Part shown: piece after piece, positions 1 to 8,670 of the stretch
How the letters are laid out: every line of letters starts with the position of its first letter
How positions within the stretch are numbered: the stretch's first letter is position 1
Translations under genes and position numbers: made by a program
The notes under the pieces: generated by a model
The model's input: only the letters and a program-made list of their open reading frames with translations
What the model was told of the DNA's origin: nothing
Databases searched by the model: none
Assembly (NCBI GenBank): GCA_040235515.1
Contig: JBECKX010000022.1
Location: 1 to 29,929 of the forward strand
Origin: Candidatus Zixiibacteriota bacterium
GTDB lineage: Bacteria > Zixibacteria > MSB-5A5 > CAIYYT01
Reading direction: 5' to 3'
Length of the DNA stretch: 29,929 nucleotides

Positions 1-2
1 CC

Positions 3-245
3 TTCAATCCGATCACCAATATCGAGTTCAACCTGCCGAAGAGCAGCTTCGTCGAACTGACGATCTACAACATCACAGGTCGTAAAGTCCGGACACTCGA
101 GTCCGCCGATTTTGCCGCCGGGCAGTACAGCGTCGAATGGGATGGCCGGGATGACAGAGGCAACGCCATGGCATCAGGAGTCTACTTCTATCGTCTCAGG
201 GCGGCCGATTTCGTCGCCACCCGCAAGATGACCCTGCTGAAATAA
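3..245 (+). CDS. 3' end of a secreted protein with a FlgD-Ig / T9SS type-A-like C-terminal domain (partial, runs off the left edge)
   Basis: Manual translation from nt 3: FNPITNIEFNLPKSSFVELTIYNITGRKVRTLESADFAAGQYSVEWDGRDDRGNAMASGVYFYRLRAADFVATRKMTLLK*. It carries the typical (P)FNP, IYN..G..VR, WDG.D..G, SGVYFYRL and KM.LLK motifs. Not in the ORF track. Confidence 0.9.
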   Translation, partial: FNPITNIEFNLPKSSFVELTIYNITGRKVRTLESADFAAGQYSVEWDGRDDRGNAMASGVYFYRLRAADFVATRKMTLLK

Positions 246-452
246 CGTTCAAGAACGCTGCGTCATGATCGCGACGATCCGGGCGTGCCCCCGGCAGGGG
301 AGTCAGACCGCGATAAGGAAAATATCCGGTATTGCCGAAACGTAGAGGGAGAGCAGGGAACCGCAAGAGCAGCGGACTTGTTTACCCTGACGTCAGACTC
401 CGCAGGCGATTCCCTGAAGAGATTCCCTGAAGGGTCGCGACACCGATAAGAT

Positions 453-484
453 AACCGGAGGGAGAAATCCCTCCGTTCTGTTGT
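453..484 (+). terminator. Intrinsic terminator-like hairpin, possibly bidirectional
   Basis: Perfect 8-bp stem CGGAGGGA/TCCCTCCG (456-475) with a GAAA tetraloop. It is followed by TTCTGTTGT on + and by GTTATCTTAT on -. Confidence 0.6.
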
Positions 485-573
485 ATCACTCAGGTGAATC
501 GCTCGGTAGTACCGGGGGCTCAGTTCCCAACGGTGCCCCGGAAATGCATTCACCCGGCGATACAGCGAACCGG
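473..573. other. Long imperfect stem-loop, candidate structured RNA of unassigned family
   Basis: Nested complementary blocks: GTTC/GAAC (475-478/567-570), TGTATC/GATACA (482-487/559-564), GGTGAAT/ATTCACC (493-499/548-554), CCGGGG/CCCCGG (512-517/536-541). Confidence 0.4.
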
Positions 574-590
574 CAGACAGCTAAATTATA

Positions 591-618
591 TTGATTTTGC
601 AGATTCAGGAGCTATCAT
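591..618 (+). promoter_or_regulatory. Putative sigma70-type promoter of the BY-kinase gene
   Basis: TTGATT(591-596)-N16-TATCAT(613-618). The same hexamer pair and spacing recur upstream of the glpX-like gene. Confidence 0.5.
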
Positions 619-702
619 TGGCACATCCTGGCTCGCGGGTTAACTCGAATTCGTGCGAGCGCTTGAGTCATGGAGTGACGATGCAACTGAACTTGGAGCA
701 GC

Positions 703-1464
703 GTGAAGACAAGTAAGTCCCTTACATCGGCGAATTCGCCCAAGCCCTCGAAATCCTCCGGTGCTTCGAAGCTATCGAAGACAACCGGTGAATCGATCGT
801 TGACCTCTATCGTCCGGAGTCTGAACTCAGCGCGGAAGTCCGTCGGCTTCTCCATAATTGCATCAGAAAAGCCGGAGGCGAATTGCCGCTCTCGGTCATC
901 GTCTCGTCGGCGGCTATGGGTGAAGGGAAATCGACTATCTCATCTTTCCTCGCAGTCTCCGCCGCCGTCCATAAGAAACTGCGGGTGTTGCTGATCGATG
1001 CCGATCTGCGCCGCCCCAACATCCATACCCTCTTCAATCTTGATATCGCTCCCGGAGTAACGGACCTCGATAACTCAGGGCAGGATTGGAACGAAGCAAC
1101 CCGTGAATTGCAGGGGATCAAGGGACTCAGCATCCTCACCGCGGGCGTCTCCGATAACCGCCCCACCGATCATATCGAACGCGGCGTAATCCAGAATGTG
1201 GTGGCGTCAGCCAGTAAATGGTTTGATCTCGTTATCGCCGATTCTCCCCCTTTGTTGCCGGTCCAGGATGCCCTTCAGCTCGCGCCAAGCTTCGACGGCG
1301 TATTGTTGGTCGCCAAAGCCGGCGATACCAATCGCGACCTGACCAAATCAGCGGTGGAAACGCTCCACCGCCACAACTTGCCGATCCTGGGTGTCACCCT
1401 CAATAACGCTCTGGGGGTTCTGCCGCATTACTACGGGCATTATTCGTATCGCCCGAGCCAGTAG
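703..1464 (+). CDS. CpsD/CapB-family bacterial tyrosine kinase (stand-alone cytoplasmic BY-kinase)
   Basis: Walker A (SSAAMGEGKST), Walker A' (LLIDADLRRP), Walker B (VIADSPP), LGVTLN and a C-terminal Tyr cluster YYGHYSY. GTG start with GGAG upstream. Confidence 0.9.
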   Translation: MKTSKSLTSANSPKPSKSSGASKLSKTTGESIVDLYRPESELSAEVRRLLHNCIRKAGGELPLSVIVSSAAMGEGKSTISSFLAVSAAVHKKLRVLLIDADLRRPNIHTLFNLDIAPGVTDLDNSGQDWNEATRELQGIKGLSILTAGVSDNRPTDHIERGVIQNVVASASKWFDLVIADSPPLLPVQDALQLAPSFDGVLLVAKAGDTNRDLTKSAVETLHRHNLPILGVTLNNALGVLPHYYGHYSYRPSQ

Positions 1465-1551
1465 ACTGCCTGCTACCGATCCTCACGGCGGGCAGGGGGC
1501 ATTCAGTCCCGTCTGACATCCAACATCCCCGTCTCACTCTCACTCCCACTC

Positions 1552-2352
1552 TCACTGCATGCAGCAGGGAGGGTCACCGCCACCGAAGAAGTAACTCAGC
1601 AGGTGAACGGCATCACCCAGGTTCACCGCTCCGCTGCAGTTGGTGTCACCCACGATGAGTGGACTTGGGGGCGCACCCGCTCCGAAGATGTAGTTGATCA
1701 ATGCTACCACATCCCCCAGCGTTACCTGACCATCCGCCGTTACGTCACCGCAGATCGCGGTTTCTTCTAAGGGGGTATCCTGCACGATGTTCGACAATCC
1801 CGACCAGTTGCCGGCATCATCGCTGGTCTTGATACCGAAGTAGTGGGCAACACCGGAGGGCAAACCCTGGATAACCGCTATCTGGTAGGAGCCCGCCTTG
1901 AGCGTGATTGGTGGCCAGTTGAAGCGAGTCGCTGAGTTCCAGTTCGACTCGTTGAGCGGGAACAAGGCATAGCGGATATCATACGCCTTCGCCGTTCCCA
2001 GATTGCCATCATCCCCCGGCGCCGTCCATTCAAGGTCGAGGATCGTGCGGGTGAGGATCGTGGGCTTGCGCAGGCTCGACACGGCATTCTCCGCATCCAC
2101 CTTCCTGCACCAGCCGAATTCCGAGAACTCGCTGTCAATTCGCAGCCTCGCATCAGCGGAGTCTCCACTCACGAATAGACTGGAACTATCGCTGAATACC
2201 GCTCGTGCCTCTGCTCGTGAGGCCAAACGGTAGCCCGATTGCGCGAACACGCGTGATACCGAAACGTTCGAGATTAGCCCGACAATAGCCAGACAACTGA
2301 CAATACATGTACTGTAAGCCAGCCCGGAAACTCGTGGTCGTAAGTTCGACAT
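1552..2352 (-). CDS. Secreted protein with an FN3-like domain and a C-terminal dockerin type I domain
   Basis: N-terminal hydrophobic signal segment. LEWTAPGDDGNLGTAKAYDIRY...YFGIKTSDDAGNWSGLSN is FN3-like. Duplicated Ca-binding repeats CGDVTADGQVTLGDVVALINYIF and GDTNCSGAVNLGDAVHLLSYFF form the dockerin. Confidence 0.85.
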   Translation of the reverse strand: MSNLRPRVSGLAYSTCIVSCLAIVGLISNVSVSRVFAQSGYRLASRAEARAVFSDSSSLFVSGDSADARLRIDSEFSEFGWCRKVDAENAVSSLRKPTILTRTILDLEWTAPGDDGNLGTAKAYDIRYALFPLNESNWNSATRFNWPPITLKAGSYQIAVIQGLPSGVAHYFGIKTSDDAGNWSGLSNIVQDTPLEETAICGDVTADGQVTLGDVVALINYIFGAGAPPSPLIVGDTNCSGAVNLGDAVHLLSYFFGGGDPPCCMQ

Positions 2353-2889
2353 GGCATGCGTTCCCTGCAGACTATCGCTGAAGTAGTGTCTTAAGAATCA
2401 CCTGCTCTCCAATTGCAGGTAATCCATCTTGGCTGGCTCGAGGAATTGAGTCTTTGTTGCAACAACCCGGATACAGTACGAACAATGCAGCCCTCAACCA
2501 CTCAATAGGTGTCTAGCCAGTAAGTTGATTGAGCGATACGGGGCCGAGTAGGGTTCACCAAAATGTCTTGGGGGGTGAAGTCCGCGCTCAGTTCCAAGTA
2601 TGCAGTGTGACAAAGAGCCTGTTTCACCGAGCAAAAGTGCGTAGGTGAGTAATTAAATCAGAGTGTATACAACGAATCTATGCTCGAGTTTCAAGACAAA
2701 TTTTGATGTAAATAAGAAAACTTTGTGGGGATCAGATTTTGATTCTATGATTTCTTGCTGCGGCAGAATGGAACAAAGTGAGCCGACGCCGCACAGAGCA
2801 GCCCGCCATGTATCTGCAAGGCATTGTGCAGGAATGTATTACAAGAATGCGTGCGGCAAGGCAGGGCGCGCTCGCCGCACGTGAAATCA

Positions 2890-2945
2890 TCGATCAGAAG
2901 TTACCGATCAGAAACCACCGATCAGAAATTACCGATCAAAGTTTG
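2890..2945. repeat. Four imperfect 14-bp tandem repeats with core CGATCA
   Basis: TCGATCAGAAGTTA / CCGATCAGAAACCA / CCGATCAGAAATTA / CCGATCAAAGTTTG. Confidence 0.85.
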
Positions 2946-3017
2946 CGCAATTCGAAGTTCGGCGCCTCTCCGGTTTTGGCCAAACTCTGATCCAGTTCCC
3001 GCTCAAAGTCGACTCGA

Positions 3018-5783
3018 CTAGTTGATGAACTGCGAAATGGGAAGCCAGTACGAAATCTTCAGGGCAATGAAGTCTTCACCCTGTGCGCCGAAAGAATCAA
3101 ACAGCGAGCCCACGCCCACGTTCTTTCCAGGCTCACGGTTTTCACTCAGGTTGCGCTGCCACACCAGGTAGGCCGTGCTACCGGGCCTGAACTCCCAGCG
3201 AAGCACCACATTCGATCTGAATGACCTGAACCCGAAATCACGATACGGAATCGTAAATTCGCTACCGTTATCATTCACCAGGTAATACTTGTTGCCTTCC
3301 TCATCTTCCATGAGGTTTATCTCGGCGTTCGGGTCCTGCTCGTAGTTGCGTACTTCGTGGTCGCCGCCGCGGACCAACTCAGCGTGCTGGTGGTATCTGC
3401 CATTGGTGGCAAACGGTTCTGCATACAGTTCCAGGCTCAAGTCAGGTGAGAAGTAGTAATTCATCCTGAATTGCAGCCTCAGCGTATTGCGCGCCAGCCG
3501 CGAGAAGATGTAGCGGCTACCATAGGTCAGCTCGCCCCCGCCGGCGTCATCGAGTGTGGTCACGTATTGGCGCGGCTGATCCTCTCGCGTGAACGAAGGC
3601 TCCACCGAGAAGCTCGCGCGGTTACCCACGCGGGTCTTGAAATAGGTGAACATGCTCCAGAGCCAGCCATCCAGCACATCGATTCCATAATTGCCACCCA
3701 CTTCAATGTACGATGGCTTGTTGTGGTCGCTGTGTACTCCAGCACCCCACGAGTAGCCATCCTCGAATCTCATCAACGGGCCGCCGCGCGTCTTGGTGTC
3801 TGAGTTGCCCGGGAACTGACGTGCCATGTTAAACCAGCCGCCCCAGTAATTCAGCAGCGTAAAGCTATTGTAGGTGCCCATCTCATTGAACTGCTTGAGC
3901 CCGCCGTAATTCCACTCGGAGTAGTACCACAACTCGCTGTAGTGGTTGCGCAGGTACTTACCCGGCTTGTTCTCGCGGTAGGCGATATAGGCGTTGATCG
4001 TCTTTTCATCAGCGGTGGAAAGGCTGCCGATATCATTCAATTCGAATTCGGGGGACTCGAATCCCCCCGATATCGCCCCGACCCAGTGGTTGCCGCCCGG
4101 CTTGGCCAGACGAATAAATCCGACCGCGCCTGTCATCGTGGTGCGGTTGCTATCGACCTCGACATAGTCGGCATCAGGCCGCTGGAAATAGCGCGCGCTC
4201 GATCTCTGCGTTCGGAGCAACGCCTCTTTCGAACCACGAACATGGCTGAACCCGGTGTATCCGCTGATCTGGTAAATCCCGTTCTTGAAACGCAGAACCC
4301 AGTCTGCGCCACCGCTGTATGCGTTCTTGTGCAGGCGGCTTTCCAGCGCGCTCACCCCATTTAGATCACGACTTACCGACGTCAATGAAACTCCGACAGT
4401 CGAGTTATTCTTCCCGAACTGTTGCTCCACACGGGCAACGTTATACAGGGTGTAGGGCTCCACCTGTGTCTCGTACGTTGAATCTGCTGCGATGTCGTAA
4501 TTCCTGGCGAACTCACGATCCGTCAGCGCGGCCAGGTATCCCACCGATGTCCCCGACTGCAACCTGCCACTCACCTTTGCCGCTCCCAGAATCGTTGAGT
4601 TGTTGGGCTGATCCACGATGTCGCCGGAGCCATACGCGTGCGGGCCGGCACCGATGCGCCGGGAGTAGTAGTAGGATGGTCCGTTGCCCTCAAGCAGCGA
4701 CGATCCCTCATTGAAGAAGGGTCGGCGCTCATCGAAGAATGTCTCGAACGCACTCAGGTTCACTTCCGCCGGATCCGCTTCCACCTGCCCGAAGTCAGGA
4801 TTGAAGGTCGCATCGAGCGTGAGGTTTGTCGCCAGTCCCATCTTGACATCGCCACCGATGCGTGGATCAAGGTCACTTCCATCCCGGAACGGATCCCTCG
4901 AGAAATCACCATCGATGAAACTGGCATCACTCGCGAAATAGGGGACTATCTCGATTCGACTCGAGGAAGCTATTCCCGCTATCCCCTCCAGTTCACCGAA
5001 ATGCGAAATGAATCCCGCCTCATCCTGCGGCACGTAGATCCAGTAGCTGTCCTCGTTCTTGTTGGGAATCCAGCGGTTGAAGTTGATGCCCCAGACCTGC
5101 TCCTCTTTCTCATTGAATCGCAATTGCGAAAATGGGATTCGCATCTCCGCGTACCACCCTTTACTGTCACGCGAAGTGGCCGCTTCCCACACCGGGTTCC
5201 ACGAATAATCCGCTCCACCCTCGGAATCAGAGGCGTAGTAACGGTCGAACCTCACCCCGGAGGTGTTTACGCCGAACCCGAACCCCGTGCGGCGGTTGTG
5301 ATATGAATCGATCGAGACGATAAACTGCTCTGCCGGGCCCTGGTTGTCCCGCTTCTCCAGATGCATCAGCAATTCGTCGGCGTTCTGGCTCAGCAGTCGT
5401 GCACCGATGTAAAGGGCGTGATCATCATAGACAATCGCCACCTCGGTTTGCTCACTGGCGGGCTCGCCCTCGTTGGGCAGCCGTTGTGCAAAACCCGATA
5501 TCCACTCAGCCTTCCCCCAAACACTTTCGTTGAGTTTGCCATCGATGCTGGGCGAGTGCGGATTTGCCTTGATCGCGCGTATGCTTTTGCGTGCCTTCTC
5601 CTGCTTTCCTGCCGGCTCACTCTCGCTGCGGGCACGGTCCTCACTGCCATTCTGTCCGACATCGGAGGCAGCCAGCGGCGTAACGATGACCAGCATCGCG
5701 AGGAAAAGCGTCGTCGCGAGATACCTGCATATTCTTGAACTCAGACCCCTGGACTCATGCGATACTTCTGGCAATCTAACCAT
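3018..5783 (-). CDS. CBM9-like sugar-binding domain plus DUF5916 protein (exported, probably outer membrane)
   Basis: Signal peptide. PSIDGKLNESVW and GWYAEMRIPFSQLRF are CBM9-like. LDATFNPDFGQVEADPAEVNLSAFETFFDERRPFF and YYSRRIG are DUF5916 hallmarks. The C-terminus looks beta-strand-rich. Confidence 0.85.
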   Translation of the reverse strand: MVRLPEVSHESRGLSSRICRYLATTLFLAMLVIVTPLAASDVGQNGSEDRARSESEPAGKQEKARKSIRAIKANPHSPSIDGKLNESVWGKAEWISGFAQRLPNEGEPASEQTEVAIVYDDHALYIGARLLSQNADELLMHLEKRDNQGPAEQFIVSIDSYHNRRTGFGFGVNTSGVRFDRYYASDSEGGADYSWNPVWEAATSRDSKGWYAEMRIPFSQLRFNEKEEQVWGINFNRWIPNKNEDSYWIYVPQDEAGFISHFGELEGIAGIASSSRIEIVPYFASDASFIDGDFSRDPFRDGSDLDPRIGGDVKMGLATNLTLDATFNPDFGQVEADPAEVNLSAFETFFDERRPFFNEGSSLLEGNGPSYYYSRRIGAGPHAYGSGDIVDQPNNSTILGAAKVSGRLQSGTSVGYLAALTDREFARNYDIAADSTYETQVEPYTLYNVARVEQQFGKNNSTVGVSLTSVSRDLNGVSALESRLHKNAYSGGADWVLRFKNGIYQISGYTGFSHVRGSKEALLRTQRSSARYFQRPDADYVEVDSNRTTMTGAVGFIRLAKPGGNHWVGAISGGFESPEFELNDIGSLSTADEKTINAYIAYRENKPGKYLRNHYSELWYYSEWNYGGLKQFNEMGTYNSFTLLNYWGGWFNMARQFPGNSDTKTRGGPLMRFEDGYSWGAGVHSDHNKPSYIEVGGNYGIDVLDGWLWSMFTYFKTRVGNRASFSVEPSFTREDQPRQYVTTLDDAGGGELTYGSRYIFSRLARNTLRLQFRMNYYFSPDLSLELYAEPFATNGRYHQHAELVRGGDHEVRNYEQDPNAEINLMEDEEGNKYYLVNDNGSEFTIPYRDFGFRSFRSNVVLRWEFRPGSTAYLVWQRNLSENREPGKNVGVGSLFDSFGAQGEDFIALKISYWLPISQFIN

Positions 5784-6068
5784 CTACACCTGTCTCCCAC
5801 TTGGATTGCTGATACGATTCATTCTGAGTCTGCAGCGATCACGCACCCGGCGCCTCTTCTGATCTTGTACTATTTGAATGAATCGACTATGATCTGATAG
5901 TTCCGATCTTGTTGCTACGATGCTGAGTTACTTGAAGAGCCCGGAAATTGTTTCGTAATTTTCGCCTATGCCACGACGCCGCGTCGCGAGTTGACCGATT
6001 TCATTCGTCAAATCGGTTTGGAAAAAGCAACGCGGCAACCGGAGGCTTAGGAGATTTGGTGTGAGGTT

Positions 6069-7187
6069 ATGCGCAATCTTCCCAATCCGAAAGATCTGAT
6101 TCCCAAGCAACTCAAGCGCCTGCGCGCATCATCGAAGCTGGGGCGAAAACCCGGCTCGATCGACTACGTTGGCATCGAGCGGCAGGAGCCGGTTGTTATC
6201 ACGCAACTCACCTACGATGCGCACAACCTGACCGAGTCGAAATTCCACGAGTCAGATCAACTCAAGATCGACCTCGATCCTGAGAAAATTCACTGGATAA
6301 ATGTCGACGGCATCCATAACACTAAAGTACTCGAACAACTGAGCGCCGATTTCAATATCCACCCCCTCGTGATGGAGGATATCGCCAATACCGGTAACCG
6401 ACCCAAGTTCGAAGAATCGGATGAGTATCTCTTTCTGGTCCTGAAGATGCTTGTCTGGCGGGAGGATATCGGCCAGATCAGAAGTGAACAATTCAGTATT
6501 CTCTTCGGCAAGAACTGGGTCATCTCGTTTCAGGAGGAGCAGGGGGATGTGCTCGAGTATGTCCGGGAGCGACTGCGAAAAACCGAACCACGCGAACGCT
6601 TCCTCCACCCCGACTATCTCGCCTACGCCATAGCAGATGCCATCGTCGACCACTACTACGTTATCCTCGAGAAAATCTCCGACAGGGTGGAATCGCTGGA
6701 AAACCGACTCGTGGCTCACCCGGAGCCGGAACACCTCGAAACTATCTATGAGTTGAAACGCCGCCTGATCCAGATGCGAAAGGCAGTCTGGCCGCTGCGC
6801 GAAGCGGTTAACGGCTTCGAGCGCTCCAACTCCCCGCTGGTCGAACAGGTTTATAAACCCTATGTGCGCGACCTCTACGAGCACACGATCCAGGTTATCG
6901 ACTCGGTTGAGACCCAGCGTGACACCGTCACCGGATTACTCGACATCTATCTCACCTCGGTCAGCAACAAGATGAATGAAGTGATGAAGGTGCTTACGAT
7001 CATCGCTACCATCTTTATCCCGCTGAGCTTTCTCGCCGGAGTCTATGGCATGAACTTCGACACCGGTTCCAGCCCCTTCAATATGCCGGAACTTGCGTTA
7101 AAGTACGGCTATATCCTATTCTGGGTGATCGCCCTCGCCATCGGCGTCGGCTTGCTGATATTCTTCAAACGCAAGAAGTGGCTGTAG
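6069..7187 (+). CDS. corA: Magnesium/cobalt transporter CorA
   Basis: WINVDG, IHPLVMEDI, N.VMKVLT, YGMNF signature, MPEL loop, two C-terminal TM helices and a KRKKWL end. Confidence 0.95.
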   Translation: MRNLPNPKDLIPKQLKRLRASSKLGRKPGSIDYVGIERQEPVVITQLTYDAHNLTESKFHESDQLKIDLDPEKIHWINVDGIHNTKVLEQLSADFNIHPLVMEDIANTGNRPKFEESDEYLFLVLKMLVWREDIGQIRSEQFSILFGKNWVISFQEEQGDVLEYVRERLRKTEPRERFLHPDYLAYAIADAIVDHYYVILEKISDRVESLENRLVAHPEPEHLETIYELKRRLIQMRKAVWPLREAVNGFERSNSPLVEQVYKPYVRDLYEHTIQVIDSVETQRDTVTGLLDIYLTSVSNKMNEVMKVLTIIATIFIPLSFLAGVYGMNFDTGSSPFNMPELALKYGYILFWVIALAIGVGLLIFFKRKKWL

Positions 7188-7234
7188 AAAGTCGCAACCT
7201 GACGGCAGGAACATAAAACCGTATCACCACCATC

Positions 7235-8143
7235 ATGCTACACCGCTTCCTCTTGCTCTTTGCCGTTGTCATCTGGGGTTGGACATTCGTCGCCACGAAA
7301 ATCTGCCTGGAATTCATGACTCCGGTCGAATTGCTCGGACTTCGACTGGCGATGGCGCTACCAATCCTGATCACTATCGTGCGTGTCAAAAAGCGGCGCT
7401 TTGATCTCACTCCCGCAATCCTCCGCCAGATGGCGATTGCCGCCGCCATCATCACGACACATTTCCTGATCCAGATCACCGGCCTCAAATACACCACGGC
7501 GACCAACACCGGCTGGATCATTTCGATCACTCCGCTCGTGACCGCAGTTCTGGCGTTTATCTTTCTCAAGGAACGGATCGGCATCCGCCAGATCGCCGGA
7601 ATCTGCCTTGCTACGCTTGGAATCCTCCTGCTCGTTTCGCGCGGGGATCTGACCTCACTCGACTGGCTCGATAGCGTAGGGGATTGGCTCGTGCTTGCCT
7701 CCGCCCACACCTGGGCAATCTATACCGTGGTGACACGTGACCTGTCGCGCTCACGTCCTCCCCTCGTGGTGGCGGTCGGTTCACTCGCCCCGGGGACAAT
7801 CATCCTCATCATCTATATGCTCTTCACTTCAAACTGGTCCAATTTCCTCCACCTGCCGCCGCGAGCCATCATTGCGCTGTTGTTTCTCGGTATCCTCGGT
7901 ATGGCGCTCGCCCACTGGTTCTGGCAGGAAGGGGTCTCCGCTCTCGGTGCCGCTAAAGCCGGTATCTTCCTTTATCTGGAGCCGATCTCGACCACCGCCC
8001 TCGCAGTTCCACTACTCGGAGAAAACTTCGGGATTTTCACGGCTATTGGAGCGATATTGGTGCTCGCCGGCGTCTTTGTCGCGGAAAAACGGAGACGAAA
8101 CCGCAATGCAGTTCAAACTACGTCCACTAAAACCCCGGGATAG
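7235..8143 (+). CDS. DMT superfamily / EamA-family transporter
   Basis: About 10 hydrophobic helices in two repeats. IWGWTF, LKERI, LEPI and LLGE motifs. Confidence 0.9.
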   Translation: MLHRFLLLFAVVIWGWTFVATKICLEFMTPVELLGLRLAMALPILITIVRVKKRRFDLTPAILRQMAIAAAIITTHFLIQITGLKYTTATNTGWIISITPLVTAVLAFIFLKERIGIRQIAGICLATLGILLLVSRGDLTSLDWLDSVGDWLVLASAHTWAIYTVVTRDLSRSRPPLVVAVGSLAPGTIILIIYMLFTSNWSNFLHLPPRAIIALLFLGILGMALAHWFWQEGVSALGAAKAGIFLYLEPISTTALAVPLLGENFGIFTAIGAILVLAGVFVAEKRRRNRNAVQTTSTKTPG

Positions 8144-8633
8144 GAAGTGGGTGACCACTCTGCTGCAGCAGCATTGGGGAGGAAAAAAGATCGCTACTCG
8201 TGGAAGATTGATCGACGCCTCAAAGCTACCCGGATTTGCTGCAGTTACCGCCGAGGAGGGGTGCGAGGAAAGAAGCGGGGAACTAAACGAGAAGATACGC
8301 GAGAAAACGGTTGGGCTGATCACCTATCAGCTTCACGACAATCAATGTGAAATCGTAACCCTGAACAGTCTGCGCGAAGGTATCGGTGTCGGTAGCGCGC
8401 TTCTTGATGCCGTACTTGGCATCGCACGCAACCATCACCTGCACCGCGTCTGGCTGACCACCACCAACGACAATACCGACGCAATGAACTTTTACGAAAA
8501 ACGTGGCTTCGGCAGAGCAGCGATTCATACGAATGCGATCGAGGCTGCCCGCAAGCTCAAGCCGCAAATCCCATTGGTTGGTTTGCACGGCATCCCGATC
8601 AAAGACGAAATCGAATACGAATTGCTTCTGTGA
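8106..8633 (+). CDS. GNAT-family N-acetyltransferase
   Basis: ATG at 8106 is in frame with track ORF 7737..8633. Acetyl-CoA motif REGIGVGSALL, plus WLTTTNDN and FYEKRGF. Overlaps the EamA gene end by 38 bp. Confidence 0.88.
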   Translation: MQFKLRPLKPRDRKWVTTLLQQHWGGKKIATRGRLIDASKLPGFAAVTAEEGCEERSGELNEKIREKTVGLITYQLHDNQCEIVTLNSLREGIGVGSALLDAVLGIARNHHLHRVWLTTTNDNTDAMNFYEKRGFGRAAIHTNAIEAARKLKPQIPLVGLHGIPIKDEIEYELLL

Positions 8634-8670
8634 TTGAGCCCCCTCAGATGCCCCATTGGGCGCTGCCCCT

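Noticed and set aside
246..575. RNase P, tmRNA, SRP, hammerhead or c-di-GMP riboswitch
   Set aside because: Diagnostic motifs were not found. CTGAAGA and GAAAC occur but not in a hammerhead arrangement.
1530..1557. CTCACT hexamer run and hairpin 1466-1495 between convergent genes
   Set aside because: A short simple repeat and a stem without a U-tract. Too weak to call functional.
2890..2945. CRISPR array or oriC unwinding element
   Set aside because: The units are 14 bp with no spacers, there are no cas genes, and I saw no DnaA-box cluster or dnaA nearby.
7737..8105. N-terminal 123 codons of track ORF 7737..8633
   Set aside because: Lies inside the EamA gene. GNAT similarity only begins at ATG 8106.
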